Below, piece by piece: positions 8,326 to 17,596 of a stretch of DNA of 64,000 nucleotides. The DNA is from an uncultured bacterium. Its GTDB lineage: Bacteria > Desulfobacterota_D > UBA1144 > Nemesobacterales > UBA2774. A program made the translations under genes and the position numbers. The stretch is taken from assembly GCA_963705505.1 (NCBI GenBank), contig CAVPJU010000010.1, positions 704,001 to 768,000 on the forward strand. The letters are read 5' to 3'. Position 1 is the first letter of the stretch. Every line of letters starts with the position of its first letter. Under the pieces are notes generated by a model that ran no database searches, was not told where the DNA came from, and saw only the letters and a program-made list of their open reading frames with translations.

Positions 8326-11300
8326 ATGATAGATAAAATCATAGAGTATTCGGCAAAGAACAGGTTTCTGACAATCACCCTTATTGCTTTTCTCGCCGTC
8401 TGGGGATACTGGGCGATGAAGAATACTCCGCTCGACGCCATACCCGACCTGTCGGACGTTCAGGTCATAGTGTACACGGACTGGGAGGGGAGAAGCCCGG
8501 ACTTAATAGAAGACCAGATTACATACCCTATCGTTACAAGCATGATAGCCGCTCCTAAAGTGAAATACGTGAGAGGCCAGTCGATGTTCGGCACGTCGCT
8601 CGTCTATGTAATATTCGAGGACGGGACGGACATATATTGGGCAAGGAGCCGGGTGCTCGAATATTTAAACGAGGTCAGGGGAAAACTCCCCGAAGGAATC
8701 AATCCGACTCTCGGCCCGGACGCCACGGGAGTCGGGTGGGTTTTCGAATACGCGCTCGTGGATGAATCCGGCAAACATGATCTGGCCGATCTCCGGACAT
8801 TTCAGGACTGGTATCTCAGATACTGGCTCGAATCCGTCCCCGGCGTCGCGGAGGTCGCAAGCGTGGGGGGATTCGTCAAACAATATCAGGTCGAGATCGA
8901 CCCGAATAAACTCATAGCCTACGACATACCCATAAACAAGGTGATAGAAGCCGTGAGATCGAGCAATAACGATGTCGGAGGCAGGGTCGTGGAATTCGGA
9001 TCGACCGAATATTTCGTAAGGGGGAGAGGCTACATAAAATCCGTAGAGGACATTGAGAAGGTCATGGTGGGAACGAACGGAAACGGGACGCCCGTTTACG
9101 TTCGCGATATCGCGAACGTGCAGCTCGGTCCCGATATCAGGAGAGGCGTTGCCGAGCTTGACGGAAAAGGCGAGACGGTCGGGGGGATCGTAGTTATGCG
9201 CCACGGCGAAAACGCTCTCGAAGTGATAGAAAAAGTGAAAGAGAAGCTCGAAGACATAAAGCCGTCGCTGCCCGAGGGAGTTAAAATCGTAACCACTTAT
9301 GACCGCTCGGACCTTATCCTGCGCGCAATAGGGACGCTTAAGGGCACTCTCATTGAAGAGATGATCATCGTGAGCATAGTCATAATCGTATTCCTGCTCC
9401 ATTTCAGGAGCGCGATAATACCCATAGTCTCGATCCCTATCGGGGTCTTGATGGCGTTCATCCCCATGTACTACATGCATCTCAACTCGAACATCATGTC
9501 ACTCGGAGGGATCGCCATTGCCATAGGGGCAATGGTCGATGCCTCGATAGTGATTATCGAGAACGTGCATAAGAAGCTGGAGAAATGGCAGTCAGAGGGC
9601 GAGAAGTTAAAAAGAGCCGACGTTATTCTGGATGCTATGAAGGAAGTCGGGAGACCCGTCTTCTTTTCCCTGCTTGTAATAACTGTTTCATTCCTTCCGG
9701 TATTTACACTCGAGTATCAGGAAGGGAGGCTTTTCAAGCCCCTCGCGTTCACGAAAACCTTCGCGATGTTCTTTTCGGCACTCCTCGCCATAACCATAAC
9801 TCCCGCTCTTATAGCCCTCCTTCTGAGGGGGAAAGTAAAGCCCGAGGAAAAGAATCCAATAAGCAGATTCCTGATAGGGCTGTACGGCCCGGTCGTAAGC
9901 TTCGTGCTCCGTTTCAAAAAGACCGTTTTAGTAATATCAGTCGTAATTCTCGTACTGACCGTCTTCCCATTTCTGAAGCTGGGCTCCGAATTCATGCCCC
10001 CGCTTAACGAGGGGACAATCCTTTACATGCCGACTGCCGTGCCCGGGATGTCGATCACCGAGGCATCCAAGATCCTCCAGATACAGGACAAAATGCTGAT
10101 GAAATTCCCGGAGGTTGAAAGGGTTTTCGGAAAAATAGGGCGTTCCGAATCGCCGACTGACTCAGCCCCTCTCAGCATGGTGGAAACGGTCGTCATTTTG
10201 AAGCCGGAGGACAAGTGGCGCGCAGGAATGACATGGGAAAAACTCGTATCGGAAATGAATCAATCCGTAAAATTCCCAGGCATGGCAAACATATTCTGGA
10301 TGCCAATTCAGACGAGGACGGAGATGCTCACGTCGGGCTTCAGAAGCAACCTCGGCATAAAGGTGTTTGGCCCCGACCTTGGCGAGATAGAAAAAATAGC
10401 CGTGGAGATTGAAAGCGTGCTCGCGAAAACTCCGGGGACAAGGAGCGCGTTTGCGGAAAGGATAACTGGAGGATACTTCCTCGATTTCGAGATAGACCGG
10501 GAAAAGGTCGCCAGATACGGTCTCACTGTAGGGGAAGTGGAGGATGTTATAGAAACCGCCATAGGCGGAAAAAACATATCGCAAACAGTCGAGGGACAGG
10601 AGAGATACCCGATAAACGTCAGGTATCCGAGAGAATTGAGAACCGATCTGGACAAACTGGAGAGAGTGCTCGTCGCGACTCCGTCTGGGGCGCAGGTCCC
10701 GATCTCACTTCTCGCTAAAATCAGCTTCAATTCCGGCCCGCCGGAAATCAGAAACGAGAACGGACAGAAAGTCGGCTATATCTTTGTCGACGTCGAGGGA
10801 AAAGACTACGAAGGCTATGTAAAAGGGGCGAAGAAAATAATTCAGGAGGGAGTCAAACTGCCCCCGGGCTACTATCTGGAATGGGCGGGACAGTATGAAT
10901 ACCTCCTGAGGGTCAAGGAAAGACTAAAGTACATACTGCCTCTTACACTATTCATCATATTCCTCCTCCTCTATCTGAATTTCAAATCAATCACCGAGTC
11001 ACTGATCGTTCTATTCTCAGTCCCGTTCTCGCTTGTCGGGAGCATATGGCTCCTGTATCTGCTCGGCTACAACATGAGCATAGCGGTTTGGGTCGGAATC
11101 ATAGCGCTCGCAGGACTCGCCGCGGGGACGGGGGTAGTGATGATTATCTATCTCGACGAGGCTTATGAGAGGAGGAGGAAGAGAAACGAGATGAATACGG
11201 AGGGTGATCTGCACAGCGCCATAACTGAAGGTGCGGTACAGAGGGTAAGGCCCAAGATGATGACTGTTGCGACAATGACCCTGGGTCTCCTTCCCCTTAT

Positions 11301-11463
11301 GTGGAGCGCCGGCACGGGGGCAGACATGATAAAGAGGATCGCGGCTCCGATGGTGGGGGGACTCATAACCTCGACGATACTCACGCTCATAATCATTCCA
11401 GTGATATACGCCATATGGAAAGGAGGCAGTTTGTCGAAAAGCACGAATGAACATACAGAATAA
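8326..11463 (+). CDS. cusA: CusA/SilA-type Cu(I)/Ag(I) RND efflux permease
   Basis: PLDAIPDLSDVQV, LGPDATGVGWV, GAMVDA, GSEFMPPLNEGTILYMP, APLSMVET, RVRPKMMT; 1045 aa. Confidence 0.95.
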   Translation: MIDKIIEYSAKNRFLTITLIAFLAVWGYWAMKNTPLDAIPDLSDVQVIVYTDWEGRSPDLIEDQITYPIVTSMIAAPKVKYVRGQSMFGTSLVYVIFEDGTDIYWARSRVLEYLNEVRGKLPEGINPTLGPDATGVGWVFEYALVDESGKHDLADLRTFQDWYLRYWLESVPGVAEVASVGGFVKQYQVEIDPNKLIAYDIPINKVIEAVRSSNNDVGGRVVEFGSTEYFVRGRGYIKSVEDIEKVMVGTNGNGTPVYVRDIANVQLGPDIRRGVAELDGKGETVGGIVVMRHGENALEVIEKVKEKLEDIKPSLPEGVKIVTTYDRSDLILRAIGTLKGTLIEEMIIVSIVIIVFLLHFRSAIIPIVSIPIGVLMAFIPMYYMHLNSNIMSLGGIAIAIGAMVDASIVIIENVHKKLEKWQSEGEKLKRADVILDAMKEVGRPVFFSLLVITVSFLPVFTLEYQEGRLFKPLAFTKTFAMFFSALLAITITPALIALLLRGKVKPEEKNPISRFLIGLYGPVVSFVLRFKKTVLVISVVILVLTVFPFLKLGSEFMPPLNEGTILYMPTAVPGMSITEASKILQIQDKMLMKFPEVERVFGKIGRSESPTDSAPLSMVETVVILKPEDKWRAGMTWEKLVSEMNQSVKFPGMANIFWMPIQTRTEMLTSGFRSNLGIKVFGPDLGEIEKIAVEIESVLAKTPGTRSAFAERITGGYFLDFEIDREKVARYGLTVGEVEDVIETAIGGKNISQTVEGQERYPINVRYPRELRTDLDKLERVLVATPSGAQVPISLLAKISFNSGPPEIRNENGQKVGYIFVDVEGKDYEGYVKGAKKIIQEGVKLPPGYYLEWAGQYEYLLRVKERLKYILPLTLFIIFLLLYLNFKSITESLIVLFSVPFSLVGSIWLLYLLGYNMSIAVWVGIIALAGLAAGTGVVMIIYLDEAYERRRKRNEMNTEGDLHSAITEGAVQRVRPKMMTVATMTLGLLPLMWSAGTGADMIKRIAAPMVGGLITSTILTLIIIPVIYAIWKGGSLSKSTNEHTE

Positions 11464-11540
11464 GAGAAATGAGAAGTTAAGAAAATGAGATTAAGAGTCG
11501 GAAGGACAAGTAAAAAAACCAATTTAAGGAGGGTTCTTCT

Positions 11541-11963
11541 ATGAAGACCAAAACATCAATAGTTAAAGCATTAACGATTTTCAGCTTTTGCCTGATTGCG
11601 GTGTCTATGCTCTACAACGAGCCGGCAACTGCAGACAATACGAATCGAAACAGCCCCGACAAGCAGTCCCAGCCGGTGATTTCCCCGATAGATTCTAAAT
11701 ACGTCTGCATGATAAACAACCAATCTTTCAATAAGGAGCAAATCCCCGTCGAGGTGGACGGCAAGACTTACTACGGCTGCTGCCAGATGTGCGAAGCCAA
11801 GCTGAAATCGGACCCGGGCAGCCGTACGGCAGTCGATCCCGTAAGCGGTAATGACGTTGACAAGGCTACGGCAATAATCGGAGCGGCGCCGGACGGGACT
11901 GTTTATTACTTTGAGAGCGAACAGAACCTTAAAGCCTTCAACAGTAATTCGAACTCACAATAA
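11541..11963 (+). CDS. Exported TRASH/YHS-like metal-binding protein, copy 1
   Basis: Signal peptide; YVCM...VDGKTYYGCCQMC; DPVSG..VDK..YYFES. Confidence 0.8.
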   Translation: MKTKTSIVKALTIFSFCLIAVSMLYNEPATADNTNRNSPDKQSQPVISPIDSKYVCMINNQSFNKEQIPVEVDGKTYYGCCQMCEAKLKSDPGSRTAVDPVSGNDVDKATAIIGAAPDGTVYYFESEQNLKAFNSNSNSQ

Positions 11964-12035
11964 CGGCAAGAGAAACAAAAATCGGTATAAAAAGAATTTG
12001 AAGAAAGAAAAAATAACAGAACGGAGGTATTAGAC

Positions 12036-12599
12036 ATGAAAAGATTAGCTGCTTCAATGCTCATACTTATGTGCTTTACGAGCCTTGCTCTGGCCCAGGG
12101 AACGGGTCAGCAAAAGGGCGAGCAGAAACAAGATATGATGCCAAACGGCAATATGATGGGAATGGAACATGGTATGGGGAGCCATATGATGGGCGACTCC
12201 ATGATGTACAGCATGATGGTCCACCACATCATGATGAAAGCAACCACCCTTGATCTCACCGACGCTCAAAAAAAAGAACTTACGGAAATCAATGGAAAAT
12301 ACCTGTATCCGATCGTGCAGAAGGAAGCCGATTTCAAAATCTCTCACATGAAGATTATGGATATGATGCATGACTCCAGCTTCGACCCCGCAAAGTTAAA
12401 GTCGGAAATAAAAACATCGAATCAACTTAACCTGGAGACGGCTGATATGATGGTAGACGCACTTGCGGCTATAAGAAAAGCCGTAGGTCCGGAAAACTTT
12501 AAACAATGTATGCAGATGATGCCCATGAACTCGGGAATGATGAAGAGCGGGGAGATGATGTATAAGGGGGACATGATGCAGAATAAGCCGGCGCAATAG
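12036..12599 (+). CDS. Methionine-rich periplasmic protein with Spy/CpxP-like core
   Basis: Signal peptide; about 33 Met in 187 aa (hand count); LDLTDAQ (LTxxQ) motif. Confidence 0.75.
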   Translation: MKRLAASMLILMCFTSLALAQGTGQQKGEQKQDMMPNGNMMGMEHGMGSHMMGDSMMYSMMVHHIMMKATTLDLTDAQKKELTEINGKYLYPIVQKEADFKISHMKIMDMMHDSSFDPAKLKSEIKTSNQLNLETADMMVDALAAIRKAVGPENFKQCMQMMPMNSGMMKSGEMMYKGDMMQNKPAQ

Positions 12600-12689
12600 A
12601 AAGAAGAAGATCGCGGCGGTGAACATGAAGGACATCATCAGATTCAATAAGGAATCGAATAAATGTCATAAAAAAAGGGGGTGATATAA

Positions 12690-13064
12690 ATGAAGAAGTC
12701 GATGCTACTGTTAGCAGCTTTCACGATAGCTCTGCTGGTCTTATCTCTTAATAGAGAAACCCGGACGAGCGCATCGGAGGAAGTGGACATTACCGTGCTG
12801 ATTGAAACGGCGAAAACACCTCAAGACCATCTTAAGATCGCAGAATACTACGAAGAGCAGGCGGTCATGATGGAAAAGCAGGCTACTCTGCACGAGTCAA
12901 TGGCTAAGGCGTACCAGAGTGGGAAGATGACTGGTATGTCGACACACTGCGATAAGCTGGTGAAGGATTCAAAGGCATCCGCCGAGCAGTATAAAGCTAT
13001 GGCGGCAGAGCACAAGAAGATGGCTCAGGATATGCAGAGTCAGAATTCTCAGCAGCCTCAGTAA
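12690..13064 (+). CDS. Exported helical His/Met/Cys protein
   Basis: Signal peptide; AKTPQDH..AEYYE, LHESMA, MSTHC, MAAEHKKMA; GGGGGTG SD. Confidence 0.75.
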   Translation: MKKSMLLLAAFTIALLVLSLNRETRTSASEEVDITVLIETAKTPQDHLKIAEYYEEQAVMMEKQATLHESMAKAYQSGKMTGMSTHCDKLVKDSKASAEQYKAMAAEHKKMAQDMQSQNSQQPQ

Positions 13065-13072
13065 TGGGATAA

Positions 13073-13119
13073 CCTTCCCCGGGAGAGAGCCTATTCCCGT
13101 CTCCAACACCCGGGGAAGG
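13073..13119 (+). other. Strong inverted repeat downstream of ORF 12690
   Basis: CCTTCCCCGGG...CCCGGGGAAGG 11-bp perfect stem; no U-tract after it. Confidence 0.6.
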
Positions 13120-13457
13120 CAAAAAAGTTATTTTAAGGGGTTCAACTTGATATGACAATACCGGTGAATAAACGTCGCTTCCAATTTCATACAATTTTAA
13201 TTTCCACGTCAGCCCTGATCCGATAGTCTTGAGTTCGGATAGGGAGAATTAAAATGAGTGAGCACAGTCATAGTTGCTATAAACGCTAAATTCCTTAAAG
13301 TATGGAAATGACGGGAGAATGCCGGTCGTGATAAAAAAGTTTATAATAGTCGAAAAAGGATGCCGGGGAGTCGCCGATAAGGACCTGCGTTCGTCAAGGT
13401 CTTTTACCGCGAGCCCGGTTTCAACTTAAAATATGAAATTTATAAAGGAGGACAACA

Positions 13458-13994
13458 ATGAATATGATAAGGGCCTTTTTGATTCTTATAGTCTTTTTTA
13501 TTTTAGCCGCTGTCATCTATATATTTTCGGGAACATATAACATCGCGGCCACGGTGCCGCACAGCGAAGCCGCGACATGGATATTCAACACCGTAAAGAT
13601 AAGCTCCATAAGGAAACACGCAGAGGGCATAAAGGAGCCCCCGCTCGAAGACACGGGTCTCGTGAAGGAGGGATTCGAGCACTACGACGAGATGTGTGTC
13701 GGGTGCCACGGAGCGCCCGGTATCGATCAGGCAAAAGAGTTTAACCCGCCCCCGCCTGATTTGGCTAAAGCAACTGAAGCGCTAAGGCCCGCGGAGATTT
13801 TCTGGGTTATCAAGAACGGAATCAAGATGACGGGAATGCCGGAATCCGGCTCCACCCATTCCGACGAAGAAATCTGGGAGATAGTGGCATTCATCGAGAG
13901 GCTGCCCGAATTATCCCCCGATCAGTATAAATTAATGAGAAGCGCGGCTCAAAAAAATCCCCACGAGCACAATGATCACGATGAACATCATTAA
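13458..13994 (+). CDS. Membrane-anchored monoheme cytochrome c with His-rich tail
   Basis: CVGCH heme motif; IKNGIKMTGMP; ends HEHNDHDEHH; GGAGG SD. Confidence 0.9.
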   Translation: MNMIRAFLILIVFFILAAVIYIFSGTYNIAATVPHSEAATWIFNTVKISSIRKHAEGIKEPPLEDTGLVKEGFEHYDEMCVGCHGAPGIDQAKEFNPPPPDLAKATEALRPAEIFWVIKNGIKMTGMPESGSTHSDEEIWEIVAFIERLPELSPDQYKLMRSAAQKNPHEHNDHDEHH

Positions 13995-14071
13995 TTAATA
14001 GAAGGGAAGCGAGAGATCATTTATAATTCTGTCGTGCCGTTTATTTTATATCTCAACAGGAGGGTTCTCGA

Positions 14072-14491
14072 ATGAATACCAGGATTTTCAGTATAAGCTC
14101 TTTAATGGCTTTCAGTCTGTGTTTAATTGCGGCTCTTACGCTATTCCCGAATGAGCCGAGGGCGCAGAACAGCGGGACCGATAACACTCAGGCAGTTACC
14201 TCACCGGGACTCACCCAGGTGGAATCCAAATACGTGTGCATGGTCACAAACGAGCTCAACGCTAAGGAGCAGATACCCGTGGTGGTCGACGGCAAAACGT
14301 ACTACGGCTGCTGCCACATGTGCGAAGCCAAGCTGAAAGAGGACCCGGCGAGCCGGATGGCGACCGACCCCGTAAGCGGCCGGCAGGTGGATAAATCTAC
14401 CGCCGTAATCGGAGCCGCGCCCGACGGGAAGGTCTATTACTTTGAAAGCGCGGAAGACCTGAAGGCTTTCAATAGCAGCCCCAACCAATAA
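14072..14491 (+). CDS. Exported TRASH/YHS-like metal-binding protein, copy 2
   Basis: Paralogue of 11541: YVCM...VDGKTYYGCCHMC, DPVSG..VDK..YYFES. Confidence 0.8.
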   Translation: MNTRIFSISSLMAFSLCLIAALTLFPNEPRAQNSGTDNTQAVTSPGLTQVESKYVCMVTNELNAKEQIPVVVDGKTYYGCCHMCEAKLKEDPASRMATDPVSGRQVDKSTAVIGAAPDGKVYYFESAEDLKAFNSSPNQ

Positions 14492-14535
14492 AGTCCGAGA
14501 GTGCCTTTATAAAGAGAATAGAATTAAAAGGATCG

Positions 14536-16284
14536 TCATGCGACGACTATGCGGTTCCTGCCCTGGGCTTTTGCTTTGTATAGAGCCCTGTCAGCAGATT
14601 CCAGAAGCAGCTCCGCGGAAGTACCGTGCTCGGAAAAAACGACTACGCCCATCGACACCTCGACCGAGCTGACAAAGCTCCCGCGGTGACGGACGCGGAC
14701 CCTCTTTATTTCCTCGTGGAGCTGCTCAGCCCTCCTGCAGGTATTTTCGAGGGACGACCCGGGAAGTATGAGGACGAATTCCTCTCCGCCGTAACGGCAT
14801 GCGATGTCCTCGCGCCGGATACGGTCTCTAAAAAAGTCGCCGATGCTGCGCAGCAGCATATCGCCCGCCGCATGGCCGTAAGCGTCATTAAACTGCTTGA
14901 AGTGGTCTATATCGACCATGATGAGACCGAGCGGCTCCTTATTACGCGCTACCCTGCTGATTTCCCTCTTGAGCGTCTCTTCCATATACCGCCTGTTGAA
15001 TAAACCGGTCAGAGAATCATAGATCGCGTAGTTCTGGAGGGCCTCATGCTGCTTTATATTCCCCAGAGCGAGGGCCGTGAGTTTGGCCATCGTGGAAACA
15101 ATATGGCGGTTATAGTTATTTTCGTGCTCGCCGTCGGTTCCCTCGACAATGTCGGCGCCGCTCTGCAGATACAACAGACCGAGCGTCTTACTCCTCGCCA
15201 GCATCGGAGCGCAAAAATAATTGATTTTCTCCGATTCGTTTAAGTGCTGACAGTAAAGCTCCGTAGGCGCGTTATGCGCCGAGTGCAGCCTTCCGAGCCT
15301 GAGCGCCCAGCATCTGTCGGGAAGGAATTCGCGCTCGCTATTTATCTTATCCCCCCAGGCCGAGACGCATTCGAGTATGTTCAGAACATCGTTATAGATA
15401 AAGAGCGCTCCCGAATTTCCGGAAAATAATTTATTACTGTAATTCGTGACTATCGTATAAACCTCTTCTTCGTCATGCGAGGCCTGGAGTAATTCATCCA
15501 TCTCACAGAGCTGAATCAGCTTCCTGTTTTGCTCTTCGAGTTTTTTAACAAGGTCCCGGATGTCTTTTCGTATACTGGAGCTGTTCTCCTCGTCGTACTT
15601 AACCTCTATATCGCGGAGAATTTTCTCGCCGAAATCCGCTTCACCTCCGGTCAGATTATAAATAGATTCCGGCGCGCCGCTCTTTCCGGTTCCGTTCTCC
15701 TCATGCTTTATCTCTTCGCTTTTTTTAAATTCCAGAACCTGCTCACCTGCATCAGTGATACCGCGTCTCTGCTCGAGACCGAGTATCACCTTACGGGCTA
15801 CGGTCTGCAGCAGGGAGACCTGTTCGAAGCTGAGGTCTTTGGGCTGATAGCCCAATACGCATAGAGAACCTATCCTGTGGCCGCTCCGGTCGATGAGCGG
15901 TATGCCCGCGATGAAATTGATTTCGGGGTGTGAGCTTAGGAAGGGGTTCAGCCTCGTTCTTTCATCCTGAAGGGGGCTTGTAATAGCGAGCAATTCGTCA
16001 GGGTTATTTATAACGTAGGTGCCGAACGACCTGTCGCGCGGCACTTCCCTGATATCGGTGCCTATGCCTATTACCGACTTGAACCATTCCCTGTTCTCAT
16101 CGACAAAGCTGATTAGCGCAATCGGGGTCTTGCAGATATATCCGGCAAGCCTCGCAAGCTCATCGAAGCTCTCTTCCGGTTCGGTATCCAGAATATTATA
16201 ATCAAGGAGTGCTCTGAACCGCTCCACTTCATCATCATGAAGCTTCATGCTCGCATTCCTGACTTTATCGAAATCTCTGTTCAT
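14536..16284 (-). CDS. GAF-GAF-GGDEF diguanylate cyclase
   Basis: N-terminal GAF (YNILDTEPEESFD), second GAF (CWALRLGR), DSLTGLFNRR, RRED I-site, intact GGEEF. Confidence 0.93.
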   Translation of the reverse strand: MNRDFDKVRNASMKLHDDEVERFRALLDYNILDTEPEESFDELARLAGYICKTPIALISFVDENREWFKSVIGIGTDIREVPRDRSFGTYVINNPDELLAITSPLQDERTRLNPFLSSHPEINFIAGIPLIDRSGHRIGSLCVLGYQPKDLSFEQVSLLQTVARKVILGLEQRRGITDAGEQVLEFKKSEEIKHEENGTGKSGAPESIYNLTGGEADFGEKILRDIEVKYDEENSSSIRKDIRDLVKKLEEQNRKLIQLCEMDELLQASHDEEEVYTIVTNYSNKLFSGNSGALFIYNDVLNILECVSAWGDKINSEREFLPDRCWALRLGRLHSAHNAPTELYCQHLNESEKINYFCAPMLARSKTLGLLYLQSGADIVEGTDGEHENNYNRHIVSTMAKLTALALGNIKQHEALQNYAIYDSLTGLFNRRYMEETLKREISRVARNKEPLGLIMVDIDHFKQFNDAYGHAAGDMLLRSIGDFFRDRIRREDIACRYGGEEFVLILPGSSLENTCRRAEQLHEEIKRVRVRHRGSFVSSVEVSMGVVVFSEHGTSAELLLESADRALYKAKAQGRNRIVVA

Positions 16285-16445
16285 TGTTGCAGCGGGAGAC
16301 CCAGAATCTTGAACAAGTATTATATCACAAGTATCGACAAAAAACCCTTAACCGATTAAATAAGAAATTTTAACCGCTCAATAGGTGAAATATCCCCTCA
16401 ATTGGCTATAATATCAGTTTATCAAATAAACCGCAAAACCGGCAA

Positions 16446-17003
16446 ATGAGCATATTAAATACGAGCGCTAAGCTCGCTGTACTCGTAATCATATTTTTGA
16501 TATTGGCACTCCTCGGATACGCCTTATTCGGGCACAGGGAAACGGAAAAAGTATCACCGGTCGTGGGTAAAAACGCCCCCGAGTTCTCGCTCAAGCTCTT
16601 CGACGGAAAAAGGGTGAGTTTATCCGAATTGAAAGGGAAAACGGTGCTCCTGAACTTCTGGGCTTCCTGGTGCATGCCCTGCAGGGAGGAATCCGAGGCA
16701 CTCGAACAGTCATGGCAGAAATACAAAGATAAAAATGTAGTATTTATAGGTGTTAATATCTGGGATGAGAATTCAAGCGCCGCCTCGTATATCGAGAAAT
16801 TCGGGGGGGGGTATCCGCAGGGGAATGACCCGAAAGAGGAGATACAGGTCGATTACGGCATCGGCGGGGTACCCGAAACATTCTTCATCAGCCCCTCGGG
16901 TATAATAACCGATAAGTACAACGGCGCGCTGACAGAAGATACTATCGATTATTATATTCTGAAAGCAATGGGGCCCGGAACTGAGACACAGTCAAGCAAC
17001 TAG
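16446..17003 (+). CDS. TlpA/ResA/CcmG-family thiol-disulfide oxidoreductase
   Basis: TM anchor; LNFWASWCMPC; GVPETF; precedes ccmH. Confidence 0.92.
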   Translation: MSILNTSAKLAVLVIIFLILALLGYALFGHRETEKVSPVVGKNAPEFSLKLFDGKRVSLSELKGKTVLLNFWASWCMPCREESEALEQSWQKYKDKNVVFIGVNIWDENSSAASYIEKFGGGYPQGNDPKEEIQVDYGIGGVPETFFISPSGIITDKYNGALTEDTIDYYILKAMGPGTETQSSN

Positions 17004-17024
17004 AATCGGCAGGGCGGGAGGATC

Positions 17025-17516
17025 ATGACCACAAACATAAAGAGAAAGCTGCCGGCCCTTTTGATATCGACGGTGCTTATAATGCTATTGCTCCCCAGGC
17101 TGGCCGCAGGTGAGGGTCTCGACGACCGCGTCAACGAGATCGCCCATTTGCTGATGTGCCCGGTCTGCCAGGGCCAGAGTGTCGCCGAATCGAACTCAAA
17201 CCTCGCACAGGATATGAGGCAGATAATAAGAAAGCAGCTCCAGGAAGGGAAATCGAAAGACGAGGTACTCGCGTACTTCGTAAACCGGTACGGGGAATCG
17301 ATACTCGCGTCCCCGCCGCCTCAGGGCGTAAACTGGCTCCTCTGGCTTCTTCCGGGTTTCACGATAGTATTCGGGGGATTGGGCATAGGGATATTCCTAT
17401 ATAAATTAGGGGCGGGAAGGAAGGAAATCAAACACAGCAGCGTTCAATCGACGTCAGGGACCGATAGTGATTATATGAAGAGGCTGGATGAAGAGTTAAA
17501 AAGACACGAGTCGTGA
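17025..17516 (+). CDS. ccmH: Cytochrome c maturation protein CcmH/CcmL
   Basis: LMCPVCQGQSVAESNS, RYGESIL, WLLWLLP. Confidence 0.92.
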   Translation: MTTNIKRKLPALLISTVLIMLLLPRLAAGEGLDDRVNEIAHLLMCPVCQGQSVAESNSNLAQDMRQIIRKQLQEGKSKDEVLAYFVNRYGESILASPPPQGVNWLLWLLPGFTIVFGGLGIGIFLYKLGAGRKEIKHSSVQSTSGTDSDYMKRLDEELKRHES

Positions 17517-17596
17517 GGGGGATATGATAGGCAGCACAAGTGCAATGACAATTTAAGCCGTTAATCCGAAGATCTTCTTAAACACTTTTATAGCTC

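Noticed and set aside
4777..14535. Metal island as an intact mobile element
   Set aside because: No integrase, transposase, tRNA target or flanking direct repeats are seen.
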